Below, piece by piece: positions 1 to 8,126 of a stretch of 17,036 bases of DNA. The translations under genes and the position numbers were made by a program. Source of the stretch: an uncultured Candidatus Micrarchaeota archaeon (GTDB lineage: Archaea > Micrarchaeota > Micrarchaeia > Micrarchaeales > Micrarchaeaceae); the NCBI GenBank assembly GCA_963741095.1, contig CAVUGN010000008.1:1-17036 (forward strand), given 5' to 3'. Position 1 is the first letter of the stretch; each line of letters starts with the position of its first letter. Under the pieces are notes generated by a model that saw nothing but the letters and a program-made list of their open reading frames with translations, was not told the origin of the DNA and did not search any database.

Positions 1-2
1 TG

Positions 3-821
3 ATCGGCGCTTCGATCGCGGTCTTCGTGCTGATAAACATCTATTTCGTGCTCCTCTCCCCAGTAGCGACGATAACCAACATCTTCTCGCTCTTCGGCTC
101 GACAAAGCTGCCGTTCTACGGCCCCAATGTGATGCAGTTCTTCGTCAGCTTTTACCCTATGGCGTACTCGTTCATGGAAATAGCCTCGGTGCTGTTTTTC
201 ATCTGGTCCCTTGCGATGCTTTTCCTCTACACCAAGACCGCGAAGCCCCTCCTGGCCATCGTGCCGGCGTTCATATTCTTCATATCATGGAGGAACATCT
301 CGATATACGCAATACCCTTCGTTCCTTTGCTGCTGCTGATGTCGTACCACAGTGACGGGCTCGACAAAGAGGATAAAGACCTCATGCGGAGCAAAAAGCC
401 GATGGTCTACTCCGCGCTTGCGCTCGTCGCGGTCATTTTTGTTGTCATGGTCAGCCTGCATTCATCCTACGCCAGCAAGGACACCCTGCGCATCAATCAG
501 ATGCTTCCGATAATATACGTCAATTTCAACAACTACACTGGTAGCTATCAGTACAGCCTCGGAGGCATACGCATGAACGTGACGAACAACGCCAAATCGG
601 ACGAGACGGTCTCATTCCTGATAGTTAGCAGGAATCCGAACGGCGAGGCATACGTGCTCGGTACGACAGTCAACACGCTGTCGCCGATGAGCACCGCGAA
701 CTACACCCTGAACTTCCAGCTCCCAATGATAAACAACAACACAAAGCTTTTTGTAGTCATGTTCAGTAAGGACTACATCGCAAGCAAAGAACGGGACATT
801 CAGATAAACTATAAACCGTAG
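3..821 (+). CDS. Polytopic membrane protein with C-terminal extracellular beta-rich domain (possibly GT-C-type glycosyltransferase-like); 5'-truncated
   Basis: The frame is open from position 3 (IGASIAVFVLINIYF...), so the gene starts upstream of the window. Several hydrophobic helices are followed by a soluble Asn/Thr-rich domain with N-x-S/T sequons (NYT, NVT, NYT, NNT). The glycosyltransferase assignment is inference only. Confidence 0.6.
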   Translation: MGASIAVFVLINIYFVLLSPVATITNIFSLFGSTKLPFYGPNVMQFFVSFYPMAYSFMEIASVLFFIWSLAMLFLYTKTAKPLLAIVPAFIFFISWRNISIYAIPFVPLLLLMSYHSDGLDKEDKDLMRSKKPMVYSALALVAVIFVVMVSLHSSYASKDTLRINQMLPIIYVNFNNYTGSYQYSLGGIRMNVTNNAKSDETVSFLIVSRNPNGEAYVLGTTVNTLSPMSTANYTLNFQLPMINNNTKLFVVMFSKDYIASKERDIQINYKP

Positions 822-826
822 ATCAA

Positions 827-1465
827 ATGAGAACCGCAGATTTCATAACCCTGGTAAGGATAGCGCTGATCATACCCATAGTGTACCTTGTGCTGCTGAA
901 GGTAAACCCGATAATCCCGATAACGCTGTTCGTGATCGCGATACTATTTGACGGATTGGACGGCTTCGCCGCGCTGTACTCGCAGAGCAAGGGAAAGATA
1001 GGCTTCATGGAGTACCTGAAATACTCGCTCGGAGACGAGACCAACGCGAAGAAGATAAAGGACCTGAAAACATCGATAGGCGAGACCGCCAAGCACGGCC
1101 CGAGGATGGACATAGCCGGAGACCGGATAATGGAATACTCGATGTGGGCACTCTTCCTCTTCGTCCACATAGTGCCGCTCATAATAGTGCTGGCAATAAT
1201 CATGAGGCATTCGATTGCGGATGCGCTGATGGCCGCAAGGGGGACATCATCAAAGATGAAGACGCGCTTCGCCCAGGTCGTCTACTCTTCAAACATAGTG
1301 GGCAGGGCGGGGATAAACGTCGTAAAGGTTGTCACCTTCTCGTACCTGATGCTCGTGTACATAGCCAACTACCCGATAAGCATAGGCTACGCTCTCATAG
1401 CGATACTCGTGCTTTACATAATGGCCAGGGGCGCAGCTGAGATATACGAGTCGATTATAGACTGA
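827..1465 (+). CDS. CDP-alcohol phosphatidyltransferase family protein (archaetidyl head-group synthase)
   Basis: Contains DGLDGFAA ... GPRMDIAGD, the DxxDG..A and GxxxDxxxD halves of the CDP-OH_P_transf signature. N-terminal xDxITxxR helix, multiple TM segments, 5 nt after the upstream stop. Confidence 0.85.
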   Translation: MRTADFITLVRIALIIPIVYLVLLKVNPIIPITLFVIAILFDGLDGFAALYSQSKGKIGFMEYLKYSLGDETNAKKIKDLKTSIGETAKHGPRMDIAGDRIMEYSMWALFLFVHIVPLIIVLAIIMRHSIADALMAARGTSSKMKTRFAQVVYSSNIVGRAGINVVKVVTFSYLMLVYIANYPISIGYALIAILVLYIMARGAAEIYESIID

Positions 1466-1477
1466 GCCTTAGCGCGT

Positions 1478-1759
1478 TCAGTCCCACAGCTTCGACAGCT
1501 CCCCACTCTTGAAGATTATCTCGTTGAGCTTCTTGTCGAGGGCCTTGTCGTTCCTCCTCAGCCACTCGAGCAGCAGCGTCGCGTGCTCCTTCTCGTCGTC
1601 GCGGTTGTGCGCAAGCACCTCCTTAAGCTCCTTGTCCGAAGTCGCATCGGCGCGCTCGTCATACCACATTATAGCCTGAATTTCCTCGACAAGGGACTGT
1701 CTCGCCCTGTTCAAGTCCAGGGTCTTCCCGCTTATGTTTCCCCTCTCATTGTAGTCCAT
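1478..1759 (-). CDS. Encapsulin-associated ferritin-like protein (EncFtn/Flp family)
   Basis: RARQSLVEEIQAIMWYDERA and LAHNRDDEKEHATLLLEWLRRND match the two-helix EncFtn ferroxidase motifs (EExxAxxWY, HNRDEEKEH). SD GAGTGAT lies 3 nt before the ATG. Confidence 0.9.
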   Translation of the reverse strand: MDYNERGNISGKTLDLNRARQSLVEEIQAIMWYDERADATSDKELKEVLAHNRDDEKEHATLLLEWLRRNDKALDKKLNEIIFKSGELSKLWD

Positions 1760-1791
1760 CCAATCACTCCAATCTAACTACAAATACAATC

Positions 1792-1846
1792 TATTTAACC
1801 CTTGCTTTGCCCAGAGGGAAAGCCTTAAAAGCATTAACTAAATATT
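1792..1846. promoter_or_regulatory. Divergent archaeal promoters for the EncFtn gene (-) and hppA (+)
   Basis: TTAAATA on the minus strand (1792-1798). On the plus strand, GAAAGCCTTAAAA (BRE/TATA-like, 1818-1830) and TAAATA (1839-1844), all in an AT-rich intergenic gap. Confidence 0.5.
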
Positions 1847-1856
1847 AGAAACTACT

Positions 1857-3935
1857 TTGTCTTCGCCTCAGTCGTTTGTCTGTGTACGAGACAAAAATAG
1901 TGATTCCATAATCCTAGAAATTGCTTACTTTGCGGGAATATTGTCTCTAGCGGTCGCAGTGGTCCTCTCACTCTGGATCTCGAAACAGACGGTCGAGAAC
2001 AAGAAGATGGAGGAGATAGCCAAGGCGATAAGGATAGGCTCAACAGCCTACCTGAAGAGGCAGTACAAGACCATAAGCATAATATCGATAATCCTGGCAG
2101 TCCTGCTCTACCTGGTCTTCGACCTGAAGACCGCGTTCGCGTTCATGCTGGGCGCGATATTCTCGCTGCTGGCGGGATACGTGGGCATGGATGTCGCTAC
2201 AAAGGCGAACGCCAAAACTGCCTATGCCGCAAAGTACGGCATGGACAAACCACTGAAGATATCCTTCTACGGGGGCCTTGTCATGGGCCTGTTCAATGTC
2301 GGTCTCAGTCTTTTGGGCGTAACGACCCTTTTCTTGCTTTACGGCAACAACCCCTCACTGATTGTGGGCTTCGGTTTCGGAGCGTCACTTTCTGCACTGT
2401 TCGCGCAGCTTGGCGGAGGAATATTCACCAAGGCCGCAGACGTCGGCGCAGACATAGTCGGCAAGATTGATGCCGGAATACCGGAGGACGACCCAAGGAA
2501 TGCTGCGGTCATTGCAGACAACGTCGGGGACAATGTTGGAGACGTTGCTGGAAGAGGTGCTGACCTGTTCGAGAGTATGACCGGAGAGAACATAGCCGCG
2601 ATGATAATCGGCTTCTCGTTGTACCTTGTTACACATAACTTCTTCTTTGTGATATTCCCCCTGCTGGCAAGATCTGTAGGAATATTCTCTTCGATACTGG
2701 GAATACCATTCGTTAAGTCGAAGGGTCACAGGGACCCGATGATAGGATTCAGGAACGGCGTGATAGCAACATGCATCTTCGCCATGATCGGATTCTACAT
2801 CCTGATCCATTACACAATACTGAACATCAACCTGTTCTACGCCAGCGTAGTGGGTCTTGCGGCAAGCCTGTTCATAGTGATGATAACCGAATACTACACG
2901 TCGAAGAGCCACAAGCCAGTGCAGGAGATTGCAGAGGCATCCAAGACGGGATCTGGGACAAACATAATCCGTGGATACGCCATATCGCTTGAATCCACGG
3001 GCATGCCGGTTGTCGTGATATCGGTAGCCATACTGCTGGCGTACTACCTCGGAACGCTCTTTGCGGCTTCGACTCCGGGCCTGACACCATACATGGGCGG
3101 CATATACGGCATAGCTGTCGCAACGATGGGCATGCTCTCAATAGCGGGCATGATCCTCGGAATGGACGGCTTCGGCCCGATCGTCGATAACGCCGGAGGA
3201 ATCGCAGAGATGGCGAATGCCGACGAGAAGGTCAGGAAGGTTACAGACATATTCGATGCGGCAGGGAACACCACCAAGGCGCTCACAAAGGGGTATGCCA
3301 TGGCCTCTGCGGGATTGGCGGCATTGCTTCTGTTCTCCGCATACCTGCAGGTCACGAACATAACCGCGGTGAACATAGTCTCGCCGCAGATCCTGGTGGG
3401 TCTGTTCATAGGGATATTGCTGCCGTTCGTCTTCGCCTCGTTCGCGATCCGCGCTGTAGGAAAGGCCGCGTACAAGATTGTCGAGGAAGTTCGCAGGCAG
3501 TTCAGGGAGATAAAGGGCATAATGACCGGCAAGGGAAAGCCCGACTACTCGAAGGCGATAGACATCGCGACAGTGGCTGCACAGCACGAGATGATAATAC
3601 CCGGCTTAATGCCTGTCATTGTACCCATATTCTTGGGCTTCACTCTCGGCGCAGAGGCAGTTGCCGCGTTCCTGATAGGCGTAACGCTTTCAGGGTTCAT
3701 CCTGGCGATGCAGATGAACACTGGCGGAGCAGCATGGGACAACGCCAAGAAGTACATCGAAGAGGGACACATGGGCGGCAAGGGCTCTGAGGCCCACAAG
3801 GCAGCAGTCACCGGAGACACATTCGGCGACCCGCTCAAGGATACAGCTGGCCCTTCACTGCACGTGCTGGTGAAGCTGGCAAACACCGTATGCCTGGTGT
3901 TCGGGACACTCTTCGTCCTACACGCACTGCTCTGA
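1857..3935 (+). CDS. hppA: Membrane-bound H+-translocating pyrophosphatase, K+-independent type (true start may be ATA at 1908)
   Basis: Motifs GGGIFTKAADVGAD, EDDPRN, DNVGDNVGD, GPIVDNAGG, GNTTKA (Lys indicates K+-independent), GGAWDNAKK and GDPLKDTAGP, with many TM helices. Confidence 0.96.
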   Translation: MSSPQSFVCVRDKNSDSIILEIAYFAGILSLAVAVVLSLWISKQTVENKKMEEIAKAIRIGSTAYLKRQYKTISIISIILAVLLYLVFDLKTAFAFMLGAIFSLLAGYVGMDVATKANAKTAYAAKYGMDKPLKISFYGGLVMGLFNVGLSLLGVTTLFLLYGNNPSLIVGFGFGASLSALFAQLGGGIFTKAADVGADIVGKIDAGIPEDDPRNAAVIADNVGDNVGDVAGRGADLFESMTGENIAAMIIGFSLYLVTHNFFFVIFPLLARSVGIFSSILGIPFVKSKGHRDPMIGFRNGVIATCIFAMIGFYILIHYTILNINLFYASVVGLAASLFIVMITEYYTSKSHKPVQEIAEASKTGSGTNIIRGYAISLESTGMPVVVISVAILLAYYLGTLFAASTPGLTPYMGGIYGIAVATMGMLSIAGMILGMDGFGPIVDNAGGIAEMANADEKVRKVTDIFDAAGNTTKALTKGYAMASAGLAALLLFSAYLQVTNITAVNIVSPQILVGLFIGILLPFVFASFAIRAVGKAAYKIVEEVRRQFREIKGIMTGKGKPDYSKAIDIATVAAQHEMIIPGLMPVIVPIFLGFTLGAEAVAAFLIGVTLSGFILAMQMNTGGAAWDNAKKYIEEGHMGGKGSEAHKAAVTGDTFGDPLKDTAGPSLHVLVKLANTVCLVFGTLFVLHALL

Positions 3936-3945
3936 TAAGGACAAG

Positions 3946-3967
3946 TCTTTCTTTTCCTTTTTTTCTT
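3946..3967 (+). terminator. Oligo-T archaeal terminator downstream of hppA
   Basis: TCTTTCTTTTCCTTTTTTTCTT about 10 nt after the hppA stop, between the convergent genes hppA and ftsZ. Confidence 0.6.
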
Positions 3968-3981
3968 AGCTCCAGCCAGGA

Positions 3982-5091
3982 CTAGGTCTGCTCTTTGCTC
4001 TTCTTCTCCTCTTCGAACATCTCGTCGAGGTCTATCTCCTCCATCTTCTTTATGCTCTTCGATATCCCGCTCTCGCTGTACTCCGGGAATTCGACGCCGC
4101 TGACCACTATCATGACTCGTAAAGCATCTTTCTGCATGTCCGGCTCTATCCTTGCGCCCCACTTGAGCATCGCGTCTCCGCTTATCCTGCCGGATATGTC
4201 CTGAAATATGGTCTCTGCCTCCCTGAGCGTGAGGCTGTCGCCGCCTATTATGTTGACCAGCGCCTTCTTCGCATTCGACAGGTCCGCATCGAGCATCGGG
4301 CTCTTTATCGCATTCTCCAAAGCCACGACAGCCCTGCTGGTGCCGTCGCTTGTCCCGACTCCCTCGCCGCTGCCTATCACCGCATAACCGGAATCCTTCA
4401 GGACTGCCCTGAGGTCTGCAAAATCCAGGTTTACCATCCCCGGCTTCGTGACCATTTCAACTATGCCTTTAGTAGCATTCGACAGCACTTCATCTGAAAC
4501 TCTGAACGCCATGTTCAGCGGCAGGTCCGGCGCCACGGAAAGCAGCTTGTCGTTGTGTATTATTATCGTCGTGTCCGTTACCTTCCTCAGCTTGCTCAAT
4601 CCCTCGAGCGCATTCCTCATCCTTGCTTTGCCCTCGCTTGAGAACGGCAGGGTTACTATCGCAACCGTGAGCGCACCTATCTCCTTCGCCTCGTGCGCTA
4701 TCATGCTGATTGATCCGGTTCCGGTGCCTCCACCAAGACCGCACGTTATGAACACAAGCTGCGCATCGCCCAGCAGGTGCTTGACCTCCTCCTTGCTTTC
4801 AAGAGCCGCCTCTTCTCCGACTCTGCAGTCGCTTCCTGCCCCCATTCCGCGCGCCACTCTCTTGCCAAGAAGAAGTTTTCTCTCCGCCTTGGTTCTCACA
4901 AGATGTGCTGCATCGGTGTTCATGGCGACCAGAGTCGCGCCCTGCACTCCTATGCCCGTTAATCGTGATATGGTGTTGCTTCCGCTTCCTCCCGTTCCTA
5001 CAACGTATATTTTCGGCCTGGCGCTCTCTATAAAACGCAGTATCTCTTCATCATCAGCGCTAAGCCTCTCTACCTTCTCTTCTGTCGCCAT
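3982..5091 (-). CDS. ftsZ: Cell division protein FtsZ (FtsZ1-like N-terminus)
   Basis: VVGTGGSGSN, NTD, tubulin signature GLGGGTGTG, TLPFSSEG, T7 loop NLDFAD and acidic C-terminal tail. Confidence 0.97.
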   Translation of the reverse strand: MATEEKVERLSADDEEILRFIESARPKIYVVGTGGSGSNTISRLTGIGVQGATLVAMNTDAAHLVRTKAERKLLLGKRVARGMGAGSDCRVGEEAALESKEEVKHLLGDAQLVFITCGLGGGTGTGSISMIAHEAKEIGALTVAIVTLPFSSEGKARMRNALEGLSKLRKVTDTTIIIHNDKLLSVAPDLPLNMAFRVSDEVLSNATKGIVEMVTKPGMVNLDFADLRAVLKDSGYAVIGSGEGVGTSDGTSRAVVALENAIKSPMLDADLSNAKKALVNIIGGDSLTLREAETIFQDISGRISGDAMLKWGARIEPDMQKDALRVMIVVSGVEFPEYSESGISKSIKKMEEIDLDEMFEEEKKSKEQT

Positions 5092-5112
5092 AGTATTATG
5101 ACAGCCTAAAAA

Positions 5113-5181
5113 GATAAAAAGCTATTGCAAAAGAACGGCGACGTCGATTGCCCATTGCGATTGCAACGAGCAGCTTTTAAA
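5113..5181. promoter_or_regulatory. Divergent promoters for ftsZ (-, probably leaderless) and dhs (+)
   Basis: TTTTTATC on the minus strand (5113-5120), about 25 nt upstream of the ftsZ ATG. TTTTAAA (5175-5181) lies upstream of the dhs SD GTGAT (5201-5205). Confidence 0.5.
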
Positions 5182-5208
5182 TTTTAGTTTCAAAGCATCT
5201 GTGATAGC

Positions 5209-6156
5209 ATGTACAACAAGAAGGCGCTGCTGAAGAACGGCGTGAAGGATATCAAACTCAAGAAGGGAATGAAGGTCTCTGAGCTCATAAGCTCCATGAA
5301 CGACATGGGCGGCTTTTCCGGGCAGCACATGGTAAGAGGCATAGAGATACTGGGCGACATGATCAAAGATGACTCGTCATACAACTTCCTCTCCTTCCCC
5401 GCGGACCTGGTTGCAACCGGATTGAGGGGCGTTCTCGCGAGCGCGGTCAAGTACTTCGACGCGATAATAACTACCGGCGGCACTCTCGATCATGACATAG
5501 CAAGATCGTTCCATGGCAAATACTCGATGGGCGAGTTCGAGGCGGACGATGCCGCGCTGCACAAGATCGGCATCTACAGGCTTGGCAACGTCTTCATAGA
5601 GAACAAGGAGTACGGCATGAGGCTGGAGAACGGCTTCTACGAGATCATGGACCAGATCTACAAGTCAAAGGACTACAAGAAAGAGTACAGCGCAGCAGAG
5701 CTCATAAGGGAGTTCGGCATGCGGATCAAGGACGAGAACTCTATAATAAGGCAGGCCTACCTGCACAAGGTCCCAATATTCTGCCCGGGCATACTCGACG
5801 GCGCATTCGGGACGGCGTTGAGCATATACTCGCAGAGCCACGACTTCAAGCTGAACCTGATACGCGACGAGCTTGACCTTAGCAACATCGCCTTCGACAA
5901 CAAGACCACCGGCGCGCTCATGATCGGCGGAGGAATCAGCAAGCACCACACCATCTGGTGGAACCAGTTCAAGGGCGGACTTGATTACGCTGTTTACATA
6001 ACCACCGCGACGCAGTTCGACGGCAGCCTGTCCGGGGCAAGGCTCACCGAGGCGGTTTCGTGGGGCAAGGTGAAGGAGAAGGCAAAGTACGTGACGATAG
6101 ACGGAGACGCCACGATAATAATGCCCGTGATGTTCGCGGCCTTGGACCTTGTCTAA
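5209..6156 (+). CDS. dhs: Deoxyhypusine synthase
   Basis: ITTGGTLDHD, RLGNVF, IGGGISKHH, DYAVYITT and DGSLSGARLTEAVSWGK (with the active-site Lys), plus GDAT. Confidence 0.96.
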   Translation: MYNKKALLKNGVKDIKLKKGMKVSELISSMNDMGGFSGQHMVRGIEILGDMIKDDSSYNFLSFPADLVATGLRGVLASAVKYFDAIITTGGTLDHDIARSFHGKYSMGEFEADDAALHKIGIYRLGNVFIENKEYGMRLENGFYEIMDQIYKSKDYKKEYSAAELIREFGMRIKDENSIIRQAYLHKVPIFCPGILDGAFGTALSIYSQSHDFKLNLIRDELDLSNIAFDNKTTGALMIGGGISKHHTIWWNQFKGGLDYAVYITTATQFDGSLSGARLTEAVSWGKVKEKAKYVTIDGDATIIMPVMFAALDLV

Positions 6157-6779
6157 TCAGCAGAATCGTCCTGCGCAAGCAATGTCCGGGTCTGATACCT
6201 GCCTCTCTTCTCTATCTCGCCAAGCCGTCCCATCACACCCACGGCATCTTTACCCTGTTCTTTATAACCAGCAGCAAAGGCGCGGAATTGCTCCGCGCTG
6301 ATGCTGCGTTTCATCAGTAGCAGGTCCAAAGCCCTCTCCTCAAAAGAGACAGTCATCTCGGATAGGCCGAAGTCTATTATCCAAGGTGCGTTTTTCCTAT
6401 CAATCATCACGTTGGCCGGCGTATAATCCCCATGCGCGATGCCTGCATTGTGCAGCATGCCTGCATAGGCGCCCAGATCGCGGAACACGCGGCTGCCTAC
6501 CCTCTTTGAAGCCATCAGCTCGTTCAGATTTCTGCCATTTATCCTGCTCATGCAAATGTTGTACTCATCGACAAACAGCACCATGGGTGCGTTCACACCT
6601 GCGGCAGCAGCTGCAGTCATTACCCTGGCCTCCTTCACCGTTCTCTCCGACCTTATCCGTGCGTCCATCTCCTCCACTCTGTATCTTTTTCTTGTCCTGT
6701 ACTTCACCACCGCATCGAACCCGAGTATGCCGACTCGGTATATGAACGCCTCAGCGCCTTCGGATATCTTGGTCACCAT
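6153..6779 (-). CDS. bud32: KEOPS complex kinase Bud32
   Basis: EGAEA, VVKYRTRKRYR, RTVKEAR, HGDYTPAN, IDFGLS and C-terminal RGRY. The ATG at 6779 has SD GGTGAGG and overlaps the kae1 stop (ATGGTGA). Confidence 0.93.
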   Translation of the reverse strand: MVTKISEGAEAFIYRVGILGFDAVVKYRTRKRYRVEEMDARIRSERTVKEARVMTAAAAAGVNAPMVLFVDEYNICMSRINGRNLNELMASKRVGSRVFRDLGAYAGMLHNAGIAHGDYTPANVMIDRKNAPWIIDFGLSEMTVSFEERALDLLLMKRSISAEQFRAFAAGYKEQGKDAVGVMGRLGEIEKRGRYQTRTLLAQDDSAD

Positions 6780-7750
6780 CCTATCCTCACCGAATCTATC
6801 CGATACCTCTGGTTTATCGTGCACCTCTTAATGTTTGCCTTAATGCCCGCATCCAGCATCTTCTCGGCAACAAGTGCTATCATCGCGCCGTTGTCGGCGT
6901 TGAACTCATCTGGCGCAACGCAGAATCTTGCCCCGTGCGAGCCAGCCATGATGCTCAGCATCTGGCGCAATCTCTTGCTCTGCGCCACGCCGCCGCACAC
7001 TATCAATTCCTTCCTGTTCTTCAGCAGCAGTGCCCTTTCCGTTGCCTCGCAGAGCATGGCAAAGGCGGTTTCCTGCAGCGAATAAGCTACATCCTTCAGG
7101 TTCCTGTTCTTGAGCGTCTTTATCGCGCTTGTAAGCAGGCCGGTGAAGGTGAAGTCCATGCCCTTGACCGTGTACGGCAGCTCAATGTACCTGCCGCCCT
7201 CTGCGACTCTCGCAACACTAGAACCCCAGGCGGGGTCAAGCCCGGCGGACCTGGCGAAGCTGTCCAGCATGTTGCCCACGCCAATGTCAAAAGTCTCCCC
7301 GCACACGTGATAATGCCTGTAAGGCGCTTTCTCAATCGCAAGTATCTGGGAATTGCCGCCGCTGACATAGAGCACCAGCGGGTCAGCCAGATGGAAAAGA
7401 TGCTTCGTTATCTCGATGTGCGCAACCGCGTGATTCACGTCATAGAGCGGCAATCCATACTTTTCCGAAAGGGCACTTGCGGCAAGCTGGCCCATCCTCA
7501 GGCATGATCCTATGCCCGGACCCTTGGTGTAGCCCACGGCCTCTATGTCGTCAATGCCCAACCCGCAGCGCAGGAACGCCTCTTTCAGCAGCCTGCCGAC
7601 GTTCTTCGCGTGGAAATCCGCCACCTTCGAGGGTATCATGCCGCTGCTTCCCACATCGTACATGCGCTTTACGTTCGCAACTATCTTGCCGTTGTCGGCT
7701 ATGCCTATGCCAAGGGTGTGTGCGCTGCTCTCAATCCCCAAAACAGCCAT
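6773..7750 (-). CDS. kae1: tRNA N6-adenosine threonylcarbamoyltransferase Kae1
   Basis: VLGIESSAH, GPG, VNHAVAH (HxxxH), LYVSGGNSQ, GETFDIGVGN, LPYTVKGMD, GGVA and DNGAMIA. Start taken at MAVLG (ATG 7750). Confidence 0.96.
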   Translation of the reverse strand: MAVLGIESSAHTLGIGIADNGKIVANVKRMYDVGSSGMIPSKVADFHAKNVGRLLKEAFLRCGLGIDDIEAVGYTKGPGIGSCLRMGQLAASALSEKYGLPLYDVNHAVAHIEITKHLFHLADPLVLYVSGGNSQILAIEKAPYRHYHVCGETFDIGVGNMLDSFARSAGLDPAWGSSVARVAEGGRYIELPYTVKGMDFTFTGLLTSAIKTLKNRNLKDVAYSLQETAFAMLCEATERALLLKNRKELIVCGGVAQSKRLRQMLSIMAGSHGARFCVAPDEFNADNGAMIALVAEKMLDAGIKANIKRCTINQRYRIDSVRIGW

Positions 7751-7819
7751 AGAACATGCCCAAAATCCGATAGAAAGCATTGGCTGGGAAACTTAATAAC
7801 TTTATCAACACCTTCAGGA

Positions 7820-8125
7820 TCAGGCGACGTCTATGCTGTCCGGCTTGTAGCCTATGCTCTCCAGGGCCTTCTTTGCTGCCTGCCTGTGCTCGCCCTGCAA
7901 TTCCACATAATTAGATTTGTATGTCCCTCCGCAGGCAAGCATGCGCTTCAGGCTCTTCGCAGTTCTTTCTATCTCCTCCGGGCTTATGCCCTCGACGACC
8001 GTGACGACCTTGTCGAACTTCGCCTTCTTGATGTAGACCTTGATCTTCGTCTCCGTTTCCCTATCAAGTACGTTGCAGACACAGATTTCAAGCGGCAGGC
8101 CACACTTTGGGCAGATATCCGGCAT
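7820..8125 (-). CDS. sui1: Translation initiation factor aIF1 (SUI1 family)
   Basis: N-terminal Zn knuckle CPKCGLPLEICVC, KVVTVVEG, LKRMLACGGTYK and ELQGEH. The ATG at 8125 is one nt after the rpl29 stop. Confidence 0.95.
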   Translation of the reverse strand: MPDICPKCGLPLEICVCNVLDRETETKIKVYIKKAKFDKVVTVVEGISPEEIERTAKSLKRMLACGGTYKSNYVELQGEHRQAAKKALESIGYKPDSIDVA

Positions 8126-8126
8126 T

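Noticed and set aside
1804-1823. Imperfect palindrome GCTTTGCCC-AGA-GGGAAAGC between the EncFtn and hppA promoters
   Set aside because: Short and bulged, and largely explainable by back-to-back purine-rich BRE elements of the divergent promoters.
6770-6790. Possible frameshifted or programmed kae1-bud32 fusion
   Set aside because: bud32 has its own strong SD (GGTGAGG) and ATG, Kae1 ends at its normal C-terminal Trp, and there is no slippery sequence. Ordinary translational coupling explains it.
6780-6824. Extended N-termini in the ORF track for bud32 (6824), kae1 (7780), sui1 (8140), OFOR beta (12458) and OFOR alpha (14142)
   Set aside because: Downstream ATGs match family N-termini and, in most cases, the SD geometry. 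The extensions overlap neighbouring genes or use the SD's own GTG.
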